A stretch of DNA of 37,334 nt from Catajapyx aquilonaris. Lineage: Eukaryota. The notes under the pieces are model-generated. The model had not been told where the DNA came from. It made no database searches and saw nothing but the letters and a program-made list of their open reading frames with translations. Positions within the stretch are counted from its first letter, which is position 1. Each line of letters begins with the position of its first letter. Positions 1-13,885 of the stretch are shown here, one piece after another. The stretch lies in NCBI GenBank assembly GCA_000934665.2, contig JYFJ02003815.1, forward strand, positions 1 through 37,334, in the 5' to 3' direction. Both the position numbers and the translations under genes were made by a program.

Positions 1-53
1 CCGACACTGCTGCTGTCCTCATCCTCGAATTCAGCTCGTTTATATCGTGTCAT
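1..53 (-). CDS. Nep3: N-terminal coding exon (partial, runs off the window edge) of a neprilysin-3 / endothelin-converting-enzyme-like M13 metallopeptidase
   Basis: The minus strand reads ...aaactaattccag|ATG ACA CGA TAT AAA CGA GCT GAA TTC GAG GAT GAG GAC AGC AGC AGT GTC GG = MTRYKRAEFEDEDSSSVG. As I recall them, this resembles the N-termini of Drosophila Nep3 (MTRYKQTEFTEDDSSSIG) and human ECE1 (MSTYKRATLDEED). A CAG acceptor (54-56) sits directly before the ATG. Only about 18 codons are visible. Confidence 0.75.
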   Translation of the reverse strand, partial: MTRYKRAEFEDEDSSSV

Positions 54-594
54 CTGGAATTAGTTTCAAATGAATCATTAGCTGCAGCCATTTTTTTAAA
101 ATTTAGCTATAGTCATGGCTATATCAATAACAGTTATGTTTGATTTCGTAATGAATAATTCCGATTTCAGTCCAATGGTACTGAATTTCATGAGTACCAC
201 ACCGTCACTCCTGTCCTGTCCCACGACGTACTTATAACTGTGACGCAATTTATAATCGCAACGCTCCCGATCCATCCATAATTAAGCCCGACCTGCCATT
301 GACTCCCAGATGTCTTTTAGCCTGGAACTGGATTCGTCATTTAAAATGGGCATGCGGCGCAAAAAGGTTTCCCTTGTCCTTGGCTCCACCCCTGGAGGCA
401 TAACGCATCACACAACATGTATTCGAGCATCATGTGCCATTCTGGGGGAGGCTCATCATATATGTGACGTAACTGTTTGAAAAGTGGCGGGGAGTGTGCG
501 AGGCAGTGCGCCGCCTTGCGTGCGCAGATGGGCGGGGCATGCTCTAGGGGCAGGGAGGGTAGGGGAGCCGTAGCAGACTCTCTCTTCCACCCGG

Positions 595-667
595 GACCGT
601 GTGGCCTAATGGATAAGGCGTCGGACTTCGGATCCGAAGATTGCAGGTTCGAATCCTGTCACGGTCG
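595..667 (+). tRNA. tRNA-Arg (anticodon TCG)
   Basis: 73-nt cloverleaf GACCGTG...CACGGTC G with A box TGGCCTAATGG, anticodon loop CTTCGGA and B box GGTTCGAATCC. A T-run Pol III terminator follows at about 680-684. Confidence 0.98.
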
Positions 668-1005
668 CACACAATATCTTTTTATTATTATTTCATTGCC
701 AGTTGAAACAAGGGCAGTCAGGTGTTGACTAAAACCCGTTTTTGGATGCAGGAATTAATTATGAATTTTTTATAAATGCCGCACAGGATCAAGTTTTAAA
801 TAATTATGCCCTCTGGCAGTCTGGCTTCGTCTGTACTGCAGGCTGGCATGGATAGAGGTCAGAAGGATAAAAAGTGAAACAGGCTATATGCGTGATTGCA
901 TAATAAAAGCTGGCTAAAACTATATTGGTACTATACATCGTTGCATTTTTTTTTGCTTCAGTGATGCAGTAACATTTAATTAAACCACAACTGAAAAAAT
1001 TGCAA

Positions 1006-1267
1006 TAATTGAGGGGTCTGAGATTTTTAAAAACGGCCAAGTCTTACTGGGAAAAACTGATGGTCGTCAAATGAGCAAAACCTGTCACTAGTACAATTTT
1101 GAAACTTTTTACGTCCATATGTTGCCGGGCTGTTCGGCTACATACGCAAATGTGCAATTAATACCTAATGACTTTAAAATACGTAATTGCTACACGTATT
1201 TGTGTTCCCCCCCCCCCCCAAGTGGACTATAGGTCGTTTTTATAAAAAAAATCAGACCCCTCAATTA
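1006..1267. mobile_element. Degenerate MITE-like inverted-repeat element
   Basis: The left arm taattgaggggtctgagatttttaaaaacggccaagtc matches the reverse complement of the right arm gactataggtcgtttttataaaaaaaatcagacccctcaatta. The first 16 bp are perfect and the rest is degenerate. No coding capacity. Confidence 0.6.
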
Positions 1268-4200
1268 CGAGTACAATCCAAGCAATTTGGAAACACACTA
1301 TTTAAAAAAAAAATGCAATATAAGTGTGGAAAACAATGTGACCAACTTTGCACAATACTGGTCGATATAAGTAACGAGAGGCCGTCCATCAGCAACTCGA
1401 GTTTTTTCAAGTAAGATGTTTCAAAACTTGAATATTGTTCTCTTCCTTACAGGAAAAAGTGCAAGTGACGCATATCTTTATGGTTAACAAATCTTACTAA
1501 AGCTATATCAGGATACTTGGTATCTCGCTCGTATCGTCCTGAGCAAACGGATAGGATAACACTGGGGGCTTCAAAATATACTGCGGTCAAATAATGCCAG
1601 CCGCTTCACTTTATTCTGAACAGATGCTCAATTATTAACAGGCAAAGCGGCTCACTGACTTGTGGATGCCACCCTGCTACTGTAGGAACATGTAACTTTT
1701 CTACGGGGAAAAAAGGGGCCAAACAGAAAGTGCAGTCAAGAGGTCATGCATTATGGACGGGGACAGCTGGAATCATTCCCGTGACCAGAGACTCAAACTC
1801 CCCCGATGGGTCAAAGTGCAGAAGGGGTCTATTTCGGGAGTGTACTAAAAACGGTTTTAACTATACATCAGATTCGGCTTTTTGAAACGAACTCCAACGA
1901 CGTGTGGCACATGAAAGCGAGGGAAAATCAGTTGCACAGTCAGTTGGCAGAGTTCACATGGACATTGACTAGATTAAGCTAATTAAGCTGAATCCCCCTT
2001 CTTTAATCCCATTTGGGTCATTAATGAAATTGGAGGGAACATGGCACTAAACCTATGATCTACTTGCAACCGCCTCATTTATCAAATCGTCAGACTTGAA
2101 AGCAACACTTACACTCAGGTGTTTGCATGTAATATTTAATGGCATATGGGAGAGAAAAACAGTGTACAACGATGCCACGTTTCAGTTGCGAAAAAGAACG
2201 TTCTTAGTGTATATGTTTAACAGCCGTTGATGTAAAATTTAAAACACTGAGAACTGGTTTTCGTTATGGTGCAAGGGACACTCATAATTTTCGCCCGTGA
2301 TTGTTCTTTAAAAATATACAAAGTGATTTTTATGACTATTTAGTGCAGCGTTCGTGCAAAATTTTGCTGTCAAAATGAATGAGCTTGTTCTCGATTACTA
2401 GTCCAACATTTGATAACAAATCAAGACTAATTGAAGGGCACAGATTCACTAAAATTGCATGTTTTTGAGAAACTATACACTTTTTCTTCCGAAATTAACT
2501 TTAAAACATATTTTCACTCAAAATAGGTGCAATTCTTGTGCGATATCGAAACTGCACCCCGTTTAGGAACCTGCTGATTTTCTTATAAATTCCACTTCCC
2601 TTGTTTACACGTGCAGTCACGGCGTAATTAACCAGGGCCGGTACCTGTCACAGCCCGTAAACATATCTTGATAAAAGCAAGGAGGTAAAAACACCGTTTA
2701 GCTCACCATCTAACTTGGAGCGTGTGGTCAGTCCCTATCCACAGACTCTTCTGTCTTTAAAAAAAAGAAGTTGCAGGTGTCTTTGTGCGATGGGCCAATC
2801 CTCCCTGGTGTATACTTATCAAAAGCTGACGTCACATAGTAAGCTTTGACGTCGAGCATATACATAGGCCTTTTGGAGGTCAGGAGACCACACCTTGTTT
2901 CTCACCTGAAGACACTCTGTGTGCACAACTGTGCCTATCAGTAGTCGGGTCAAGGAATGAATCAAGGTTGGGGGGGATTGGCTTATCGCAGGATATTGTG
3001 CGGATATTGCCACCCGATAATCGGTAGACGCTTTACCTGATCCAAGTATCAAATGGTGTGATTTTTGCTCCAGGCCGAGTTCGCTACTAGTGTGAATCAA
3101 TACAAACCCGGTAGATGTGGTTTTTGGTGTTGATAGTGCTATCTACTCAAACTTCCTGCGTCGGATTGAGTTTTACCCCAATTTAAGTGCGCAGATTGGA
3201 TATAAAATGGAGAGGTTCGTTAAGGATCGTCATCTGTATGTGGAGCAATGATGAGCGACTGCCATATCTCTAATTCGGGCGATAGGTTTATGTTTGTTGC
3301 AAGCTCTGGTCATAAAGTTGCGGACATGATCAACTTGAGTGTGTCGAAACGTTTGCTGTGGCGAGGACGCGTCATGGATATCCTGGGATTTATTATATAT
3401 GAATCTGCTTGCACAAATAATGAGTTGGGGACAGGATAGAGTAGATTTGTCCTGAATAATTACATAATTTATCCATATAAAGCCATGGATCTATCTTCTG
3501 CCTTATATGAAGGCAAAAAATTTATTTGTACGTAGCCTACTTGTATGAAATTTATATTTTATGGTACATGTACACATTCATATATCATAAAGAATTTAAC
3601 AAAGTCATTTTTATAAACTTACGCTGTATTTCGATTCATGCGCAAGTATATTAATAAAATTGTATTTTTATGCATTATAATTGTCTCGCAATTTCTGGCT
3701 CTGGTGCGAGAGTGACCTTTTGTACAGTAATCTCTGGTTGTCCTGCGCAGAACATTCGCAATATTACAACTGTTCGGGGAGGACTGAAAAAAAAGAGTTG
3801 GATCAGATCTCTGAGGTGTAACAGATGGCTCAGAATCTTGTTATCACGAGGTGAGTAAAAGATGATATCGCATCGCAGAGGGGGTTGAGAAAAAAAAAAC
3901 AGATTCAATATCGATTTTCATATCTACGTTCAATATCTTTATATGGCTCTCTAGTGTTCGTTCCACTTCAGATAACATCTCGTGAATATATTTGTAGGGA
4001 TTGGAAACGGTTGAGCAAAGATCCCAATTGAACTGCAAGTCGGATAAAATCATGCTCAGAATACTGAGGATGAGAAAAATATTCAACGCAAGGACGAGGA
4101 TTCGAAATTATCCAACAGCTGGGCTTAATCCAGCTTAAGTGTATTTTAAAACCACTTGTCATAACATATGTATACACTGATGTCGCAATGACATAAAGCG

Positions 4201-7200
4201 ATTAATTAACCTAGCTTGCGCATCCTGTTCAGACTTCGGTCATGTGTACGTGATGAAACTACAGCACAATTACAGCAATAAAAAAAAAAGTTGGTTTCGT
4301 AACGCTTCGCAGGAGTGCAGCAGACGTGTAATGCGAATTAATTGAAATCACTCACTTGTTGAACATGCATCTGATTACAGATTACACAACAAACAGCGGT
4401 TATTTGAATGTCACCATGACGTCGCTCAGAACATTGTTTCTATTTTATCGACATATCTGCTTTGTTATTTTAAGAGCCCAACTTCTTCACCGAGTGTTTC
4501 ATAAACCTCTGACAGCGGAATTTTGTGCTATCAAATCCGTTCTGCCACCAGCCATAATGTGCAGCAAGTGTTTCCCTAATAGCTTTCCGAATCAAAATTC
4601 TATAGGATGAAGGCCACGTCTTTTCATGAAAAGATATAGCAGGCCTGGGAGATATAACCCGAAAGAGGTAATAACCGAAGCTGAAAGCCTCCTCTTAGTT
4701 CCTTTGAGTGACATACTGACATCTTATCTCTATACAGATTCACAGGACTGAACCTCACTTCAAAACACTCACCCAAAACCTCATGGTTTCTACTATGGTT
4801 CCCCTTGTTCAACTTTCACACTCGACAGCCCAAGATATACATTTCAATAGTTTTTTTTATGGAGCCGGATTCTGGCTTGTAAACCACGTGGTTAACCTCC
4901 CACTGAAACTCAATATCTGCACGCAAGATGGCCGGAATTCCTGCTTGTTGCGAGGGGGTCATCCGGAATTTGCGGTATGCAGGTGAAATAAAAGCGTCGC
5001 CAAACCCAGACCTGCGACGTGCTTTGCATTTTAATGGGAATCAATCTTTTCCTGCCAGTATTTGCCAAGAGAATTTTTTCGCAGATTCAGTCCCACATAG
5101 TTCAGTGAAGTACGACCCTAACAACAACAGTGTATAGAATATTTAATGTTGTAATTTAAAAATAAAGTTAGCTGGCCTGTAATTTCACCATCCTCGCATA
5201 TTGTTTATCACTGCATACACATTAACGTTAATTCTTTTATGGTAAAATGCTTGCCAAACGCCCGTAATGACAAAATCAATATCGGCATAATCAGTGAACG
5301 CAGCATTCACATTATTTAAAGTCACTTTCACGCAGCAGAGTTTGTCATTAGAGGTTTGGCCCATTGAGGTGACGTGTCCAACGAATTTTTCAATAAAGAG
5401 ACCACTGCACTGAAACCACCTTTGTAGCTATAAAGGCCTTTAAAAAAATGAGGGCCCGTGCTTCTGACACAAAACTGACAACTCCAAGCACAAATTCATT
5501 ATTTGAAACCGCGTTACATGCACGTACTGATTAGACGGTGTCCTGCCCTAGCCATATGCTAGATCCAATAAGCACTTAATATCCCCAAAAAATGTTGACT
5601 ATCTCCGACCAAGCGAACGTTACGATAAGGGAGACAGGATGGCGCATAAAATGTGTAGGACATGACCCCATGTTTATGGATGTCCTCTCTAAAAAAAAAA
5701 AAAAAAAACCGGGGAGTCAGGCCCCCAGTGTACGGTATTAGAGTAGTTAAGCTTGATTGCCGAACCGAAGAGCTTAATTACGTCAGACAGGAGAGGTGAC
5801 TTTGAGAGGAAGTAATCGGTATTGATTCTAAGTTGGAACAAGAGGGTGAGTTACGATGTAACACGGTTCTTCATTTGTTAGGAGGTGATGGACTTGTACA
5901 AATATAGGAAGAGGAGAGGATTTAAGGGAGGACAAAAGAACAAATCAATGTTGAGTCTGGCAAAAATATTCTGATCCGATTAGGGAATTATTGTGATTGT
6001 GTTCATAGCGGGGAGGTTGTAAATAATGCAGAAGTGATTAGGGCTTAATGTACGCGACGGTATTAACGCAAATGGGTCGGGAGGACAACAAGCGTGCGAT
6101 CTTTTATGCATAAATCGGTTCAACGATGAAATGATATCAAATGGTAGGGTGCAATCAGATGAATCTCGGGTTGGGGAATTAATTATAGGGAAATCTTAAG
6201 TAAATCATACGATATATGTAGAATGAATCTGTGCTGAGTTTCTCGGAGGTATATTAATTATAACTTCATCATGAACATAGGCGATTCAGTACAGAACAAA
6301 ACTTCAGCTAGTTCCGTGGTTAGTTCCCTAACATTATGCATCCAGCTCTATATTAATGCTTTCAACAACTACATTTGTTGCAACTTCCTGCCCACAGGTT
6401 CGTAACTTTATTTTTTGCCCTCTTCACTCTGCTGCATATGTTCTTCCCACTTTGTACAGAATTTGCTCAGAAGGAACAAGAGATCTTCCATCAACTTGCA
6501 GTTTCCCCGCGGAATTTTGCAGACTAATTGCCTGCTAATGCTTTACACCACTTCATTTCCGGCGAGCAAAAAACTGAAGAAAAGTAAGCTTCAACTTGCA
6601 TTATTTTGCACACTGCATAATATATTATATCAACCTAAGATATGAGCCTTCTATAGAGGCGTCGCCAAGTAAATTATATAAAACCACAAAATCCACAGGC
6701 TGCCTTTTAACAGTCGGTGGTTTCCCTCGACGAAAAGTTTGGTACCAGCAGCGGTGACGCAAAAAAAAAAAACGGATATTTTTTCACTTTGAAGTAGAAG
6801 CCACGAAAGTGCTGCAGCTCCAGACTCGATCAGGCACTATAGAAAAAAATAAACTACCTAATAGAACTTGTGCAATATTCCATCCAGGTTCTGGGTGAGT
6901 GTCAGGACGAAGCCTTTTCGTGTGACATTGGATGCTCTATAATAGCTTTTTGGAGAACCAATCCCCATCGATCTAGGTTGGCCCTCTCGTGACTTCCAGT
7001 GTATGTGCTAAAGGGCTTATTACGTTTCCTTCCATACCAGAGATAGTTTCAGGCAAAAGGGTATAAATCATGTATTAGGGCTGTGAAGGCAGGGAATTTT
7101 TGATTCTCTCACGTTTTCCACTCATGCCGCACTGGGAGGCCTAAAAGTGGCTATATATTTATCCGGGCGTGACCCACAAGATAAATGGCTACTGTTACTT

Positions 7201-10200
7201 TGATATGTAAATTAGAGGCTGCTATGTGATGATGTTGTCAAGGGGGCTTCCAACCAACTGCTGCATTGGTATCTCACAGCTATAAAGTCAACTTCTACCA
7301 GCAATTATAAAGGTTGTACAAGTATTAATAAGCAGTTATAACGTGTGACTTACGTGCAAGTCCGTCAGTTTCTTTTCACTCTTCTGTTTCATAAATTGAA
7401 TTACACGTTCCAAATCCTTTGTGAAGACCTGTCCTTTCATGCCAGTCAGTATATACCCGTTCAAGTGAAAAGTCCATGAATGCTCAAAAAAGCATATACA
7501 TCATCAAGCGTACGCACAACTGAGCCAGTTCAGAACCCTGTATATTGCTTGGAGGTTCATCCTCTTTACTTTCATCGTTTTTTTTAAATACTTGACATCA
7601 GCCTCTTTTTTTGACAAATTGAGACGAATTGTCAGTCCTATTTTCTCCGCACCATTTTGCCCTCCCTTTGAAAGAAAAACCACTGCAGGTGCTCCCAGTT
7701 CCTCTGTGGAAGTGGAAATACCCGTAAAATTATCTGCCACTGTGCGAAAACAGCTCGATATTTCAGTCCCCAGGAATGCCCATCTCTCACCTTCTGCACC
7801 CATGTTTCATGGACTCAAATCATTCAACCCTGACATTGTCTTAAAAATAGTATCAGCAAAAAAGTCACATTCACGTAAAAGTGCGGCATAAATGTGATTT
7901 TAGCCCAAAATTTATTTATTTATTTACATGTGAGGGCTGATTAACCTCAATATGAAGTTGAATGACTTATTTTAAATTAATTAAATTTTAACATTTTATG
8001 ACCTGACCTTTTGCTCAGATGTCCCCAGCTTTAATTTTGATCCCAGCAAATGGGGTCGGCTGGTCGGATGATTGAATGTTTGCAGGGCCGGACAGTCGTC
8101 TCCCGATCATTATAACTGCTCTTTGTGTCAAGTACTGCGAAACTGACCCCACACAGTTCCATCGATTTGGCCAATCACACTCGATTCAGTAATGGAGACC
8201 GGGTGGAAACAGCAGACACGATACGGCTGGACGAATGCGGTCAGAGCCATATTTTTAGTGTCCTCGTACTAAGCAACAAGTTGGTGACGTGATGGCAATG
8301 CGCCAGTACTTCATTACACTGTCACAAGTCTCCAAGCTGAGAGACTGAATTAATGAAATGAGTTTGTTAATGTGGGGTTCTTACAATATTACGGTGTTAA
8401 CGCCCACGATCACGTATACACATCAACTATATATTACGTGTGTGAAGGAGTCGTAATTACTAAAGGTACACTAATTAGAGGTTTTGCTTTTTTTTCATAA
8501 ATGCGGGGGCTTGTTTAGTGTAGAAGGACGTTACTCGCACGGTTGTTATGTTATTTTAAAAGTAAGGCTTGCTGCATAATACAGTATCTCTAGAAGTTTA
8601 CATGTAACACCCTGAGCGAAAAATGCACTAAACTAAGCCATGTAAAAGTAGTTTGGAGGGAGAGGAGTCTGAGAGTTATATTAACAATTATTCCCGGTTT
8701 AAAATTATAATTTGGCCGAAAACGGAGGCTCTTGGCTAAATATTCCATAATTACTTAATATAGCAGTGTACAGTTATGTTTAATGATAAAAATACTGCAC
8801 TCAAACCTATCTTCTAATTGTGACATAATTATGGCTGTGCTGTTCTAACTGCAGCAGCATTAATGCAGGTTAACTAATTCCTGACATTTAATATGCCCTG
8901 ATTTATACACACTTTTAAACTGTTTAAAGAGTTATGTTATACAAATGCGCAGCATTACAGCCAAATAAGACCTATAAGCAACTATTCCGATCACAAATTG
9001 GGATACTGTATCGGGTCAAAGGAGTATAATCATATACTCAGAAACGTGCTCTCACATTTCCTTCCCGAAGCAATAAGGCTGTAAAATATGAGAAGCGAGC
9101 TCCCTTATTTATACAGCACATCCTTGGGTGCTGTACTGGCACGACTCGACAGAAGCTCAATATCGTGTCTCGCATGTCGCAGGAGAGAAATTGCTTTTTT
9201 CCCCCTTCTTTTCCCCCCTGTGATGTCCCTCAACCATATATGGCTACGATTACGTAAATCGTGTCATTGTTGGCGCAAAAACCTCTAGATCTCGGTTAGA
9301 GATCCGACCTTCCAGCAATTAGTTAATTGAAATTCACCAGGGGTCGCTTAAATCCTCAGACAACTCTCTCGGTTCTTAGTGTCAACAAACGCATCTTTCA
9401 CTCGACGGGATCGGACAAACGAAGTCCAAGTAATTGAATTAAGGCCTCTAGGAAATTGCAACCATACACGTGTCCCTCGACACCGCTAGAATTTGATGCT
9501 CCAATTACGTCACGAAAGGTTTCGCACCGATTCGGATCATTCGCGATATGAGCAAACCAACAGATCCCAGACGCTGTCTAATAATAATATACGACGCGAC
9601 GCCTGCTAGTGCACATTACTATACCCTATACGCACATAAAATTACGCATAAGGCGCAATAAGAGAAATTGTCCCCAACCGCCTCATATAGCGCTTAACAT
9701 CGCACAATTTTAAACGGTGTGTGTAAATAACTGAATGAGGTGCTGTGGAAAAACATGATAACCCGCAAAAGGGTAATTTTTCAGGAGAGCGAATTGAAGT
9801 TTACATTCCCTTCACAAATCATAAGGAATGCGGGATATTTAAATAGCCTATCGCTGAATTCTGCCCCAATTAAAAGTACTATCGGCTAGATATGATTGCG
9901 TTAATACTTCGTACAGTACTACTTGCCGGCATGTAGTGTTGCCAGAGATGGCAACTGTTCGCAGTATTTGGCCAAAATGTCAAAAGTGAATTTTTCCCTC
10001 CGTATCTTTACCAGTTTGTCCGAAACTTATTTTGATACGACCTTTTCTTGGGAACAATATGGTTCTTACCTTAACAGACATGTTTACTCCTTGGTGGGTC
10101 CGTCCTCTATATTTCGTGGGAGGGTGTCCGGAGCAGAAGACAGGGGTAGGCGTGGATGTGTATAGTTACGTCACATCTGGTGGTCCTCTGTCACGCATGT

Positions 10201-11393
10201 GTCTTCACCTGGGATTCTGTATGGACGCAACGTGCTGTGACACAGGCGCCTAGCGGCAGCTCGGAGAAGAAATATGGCCGAAAACAGAACCGCGTGGACC
10301 TCTACTGTTTTGTTGACGACGCTTTTGCCTCGGCCTGTGCCAACAGACGCTTGACGAATACATGGGGCTAGATTTTGACGGGGGGAGGGGTGGCAAAGAA
10401 CCGGCTTTTGCACCCCTCTTTTTTTTATTTCGTCCCTCCCCCACCCCTCACCCTCTCTGTCCCGGGTCTTTAACGATCCGGGGCGTCCGTATGCGCATCG
10501 GCGCTCTTGGGCCACAGAGCCATCTAACAATCGACGCCTTACTTACAACTTGTTTTGGGTGAGATATGTCGGGCCTCAGGCCATCTTGGTTCGAGCGATA
10601 TAACTTTCGAGACAGGTGGGGAGGGGGATAATAACACACTTTGATAAATGACACACCCTGTGATTCAGAACTGAACTTACTGAACATGGAAATACTGTAG
10701 GCCTATGCAATAATTTGTAAGTACATGTTTAGCAGTACCTTATCAATCTTATCATGTAAATGACCTGCAACAAAAAGGAAATCGCACTCTTGTACAACTT
10801 GCTACTGGTAGTTAATTTTAAGATATGGATACGATAAATTATTAGCAGCTTATTAATGATAAGGACTGAGCTGAAATTGAGTGAGCTTGCCTGATTGGAC
10901 TTGTTTGTTTTTCCGGGGTATTTGCGGGGCACAAATTACGTCGAAGTAATGAAGATGGTGTAATTAAAGAGTGGGAAGGTAAAAAATAATGATACTAATG
11001 AGAGTCTCTCGTGGATTTCATGCTCCTTTGACAGTGAGACTTGGACTTGTATCCTTGTGTTAGGCCGCAACAACCCATGTGTACAGCGGAATAGTACAGA
11101 GGAGCTTTCAATTTTGGTCCTGACTGATGACTAATTAATGCCATGTGAAAATAATGAGCCAATTCGGTCGGCGGTCTTGCAGTTCAATAATTAACTTGAT
11201 TGTTAATTACAGGCGGTTATATCTCTGACTTCATTTCTACCTGATATTGCGCATTCCAATTAACTACAACGAGGGCGGTTAAATTATTAAATTTGCGCAT
11301 TAAAAAATAGAGGATCCCCTGGTTTAAATTTTTAAAACCACTCATTAAGCTGACTGCGAATCAAAACAAATTGGGTCACAAAAAGAGAACTGT

Positions 11394-11466
11394 CGACCGT
11401 GACAGGATTCGAACCTGCAATCTTCGGATCCGAAGTCCGACGCCTTATCCGTTAGGCCACACGGTC
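11394..11466 (-). tRNA. tRNA-Arg (anticodon TCG), second copy
   Basis: The reverse complement is identical to 595-667 except for T16>C in the D-loop (TAACGG vs TAATGG). A T5 terminator lies downstream on the minus strand (about 11380-11384). Confidence 0.97.
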
Positions 11467-13469
11467 TTGCGTGGAAACCCACTTCCACTGTATAGATGTT
11501 GATCACCAGCTTGTAATTTATATTTCTATGCAGTGTAAAGAGGCTCCATACCACAATAGAACAATGCAGACAGCTTGCACATCCGGAAGCTGGAAAAATA
11601 AACCAGGCTGAACAAGAATTTGGCAGAAAAAAAAGTTTTTTTTTTTAAAATGCCTGATTTTCTCCTTCAACCTGAGAAATTTTTCTCTTATTGTTACAGG
11701 AGTTTTCAGTGATTTACACATACCTCTTGCAGTAATACGTATAACTGGTGCTGTGTAAAATGACTTGCCTTTACAATAAGTTGTTATAAAATGTGGGATA
11801 TTGTCGATAAGGTCAGCAATAATGCACATGAGACATTTATAGGGAAACTCTACCTCTGCGGAGGAATTTATTCACACCATTCATTGTTGCGCTGCTAAGA
11901 ACATCACAAACTGACGTCTGAGTCACTTCTAAAAGACGTTTTTGTTTGGAAAAACTTCAACAGTAAAATAATAGTTAATTCACATGGACGCTTTCAAAAC
12001 AGTGGAATGGCTTTGGTATACCGTGCTCAACAATATATGCGGACACGTTACACTATATACATTTTTCTTTTTTAAAACTGTAGCAACGCCTGCAATGGGA
12101 GGTGGGGCTTGGGAAAAATTTGCACCTGAAGTTTACAAGAGAAATGCACTTGCGAAGCAAACACGAGATATGGTTTGAATAACAAAGCAACACAATGACA
12201 TCGCAGAACTCCTTCACACCTTTTTAAAGAGCTGGTAATAATAGAAACAGATATAAGTTCACATCATGCCACTCGCACCTTACATACAGTACTGTACATA
12301 ACTTGGTAGCAAAAAAGATATTGCCACGATTACAACTTGTTCAAAGTTGCACTGATTTACAGTAGATCGACGATGTCGATAACTTACGAGTGAAAGAACT
12401 CAATGGAAAAATCGTGAGCAAAAGTTCATGCTTGAAAGAAGCGGCGGAAAATCATTGTTTTATTACTATGAAAAAGTGCGGTCCACAGGTCAGCAGTAGG
12501 TTGCCAAAGCGTGTAATATACTGTATGTACAATAAGTGCGAAAAAAACAGGGAAAGTGAGAGTCATTATTTGTAATGGGCCAATAAAAAATAAATGGCTG
12601 TTGGAAATGAACTTTATGTTCATTATTTCACGGTACATTTTTCCATGATTAGAATCAGTGGCTGCCATTGACCGCATGGTATAATTTACACTGAATGACG
12701 TATGTATACCACTCTCGGAAAGAGTTAAACAGGTACGCAGTATCAACAAATGTCCAAATAGTTTTGGTTACGATGATAAGTGACAATCGAGGATGAGATA
12801 ATATGTAACAAGCAGGTCCATTCAGGGCCCATATTATATTATTGTAACTATAATGTATCTTCGATTCGTCTTTATTGCAATAATTTGTTGTCCCAAAAAT
12901 ATTATTACTGTTGTTTTGAAAAAATAAGTCCAGAAAATTAGTTCACTTTCTAATTTAAGCTTCAAATTAGGTCATTTCATGGCAAAAAGTTGATAATTTT
13001 ATGTATCGGAAACACCGAAACTATTCACACGAATAAATGGTTGTATTAGTTGGACAGTTACTATGAGTTTTCACCCTCTATTTAACCTCTTAATGAGAAA
13101 TGAGAATAATGGATTTACTTATTCTGCTGAAAAGATGTCTGTGGAAGTTCTTTCAGTTGGTATTAGGGACTTTTTTTTTTTTTGCACTTTTACCTAACAT
13201 GTACCACTTTCAACAGCCTAATTTCCTCGAAACATACATCAAATATTAATCTCATGGAGCTCCTTCCAGGCGATGCAGTCGGTCACTTTCCGACACGGTG
13301 CGACAATCCAGCACTTCCCGTGCCATATTGCTCATCCATAAAACCTCTAAATTGCGGCTTTGCAATGATGGATCATTAAATATGATCCGCGACTACCGTC
13401 CATTCCACATCAGCAGTGGTGTGAGTGATGGGTTGGGGCTTTTGAAGGAAGGGGAAGAAGAGAGGTCAT

Positions 13470-13885
13470 TTACGACCTTTCCGCAGCAGCACTGTTCCTC
13501 CGAGTCACGTTGGGGTCACAAGCATCAGCTGACACGGCCCTGTTTCGAACCTGCACGTCTTGACCTGCACTGTCATTTCCAGCACTTGACGACGAAGGTA
13601 GTTCTTGTGCTTCTGAAGGAGACGGGGGTAGTTCCACCACCTGTGGTATGTCGAATTGTTGTAGTTGCTGTTGTTGCTGTTGTTGCATGACATATTCGTA
13701 GCTTGGTGGTGGAGGACATTCTTCTGCTGTTGGGACGGCAGTTGAGGATGGATTGGGGACATTCTGGCTACCAGATGGATCCGAGTCCTGCTGGTGCTGC
13801 TGGACGCTGGTGCACTGACTTAATGGCAAAGCCACGGCACTGTATGGCGGAGGTGGGTTCTCAGGGTCCATGTTGTACGGAAATG
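13470..13885 (-). CDS. VOPP1: Gene A (VOPP1-like Shisa-like membrane adaptor), last exon: Pro/Gln-rich cytoplasmic tail
   Basis: Acceptor tttatttgcag|CA (phase 1). Encodes (A)FPYNMDPENPPPPYSAV...ECPPPPSYEYVMQQQQQQQLQQ...AAAERS* with two PPxY motifs. Stop TAA at 13470-13472. Confidence 0.85.

Noticed and set aside
7504..7891. Overlapping 99-aa ORFs on both strands
   Set aside because: No recognisable domain and no convincing splice sites. An alternative Nep3-like exon or transposon relic cannot be excluded without RNA data.
11123..11150. CTGATGA...GAAA resembling a hammerhead ribozyme core
   Set aside because: No complementary stems could be formed around the core.
12390..12575. Cys/Lys-rich 61-aa ORF faintly resembling a piggyBac C-terminal cysteine-rich domain
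   Set aside because: The Cys/His spacing is incomplete and I saw no adjacent transposase core.
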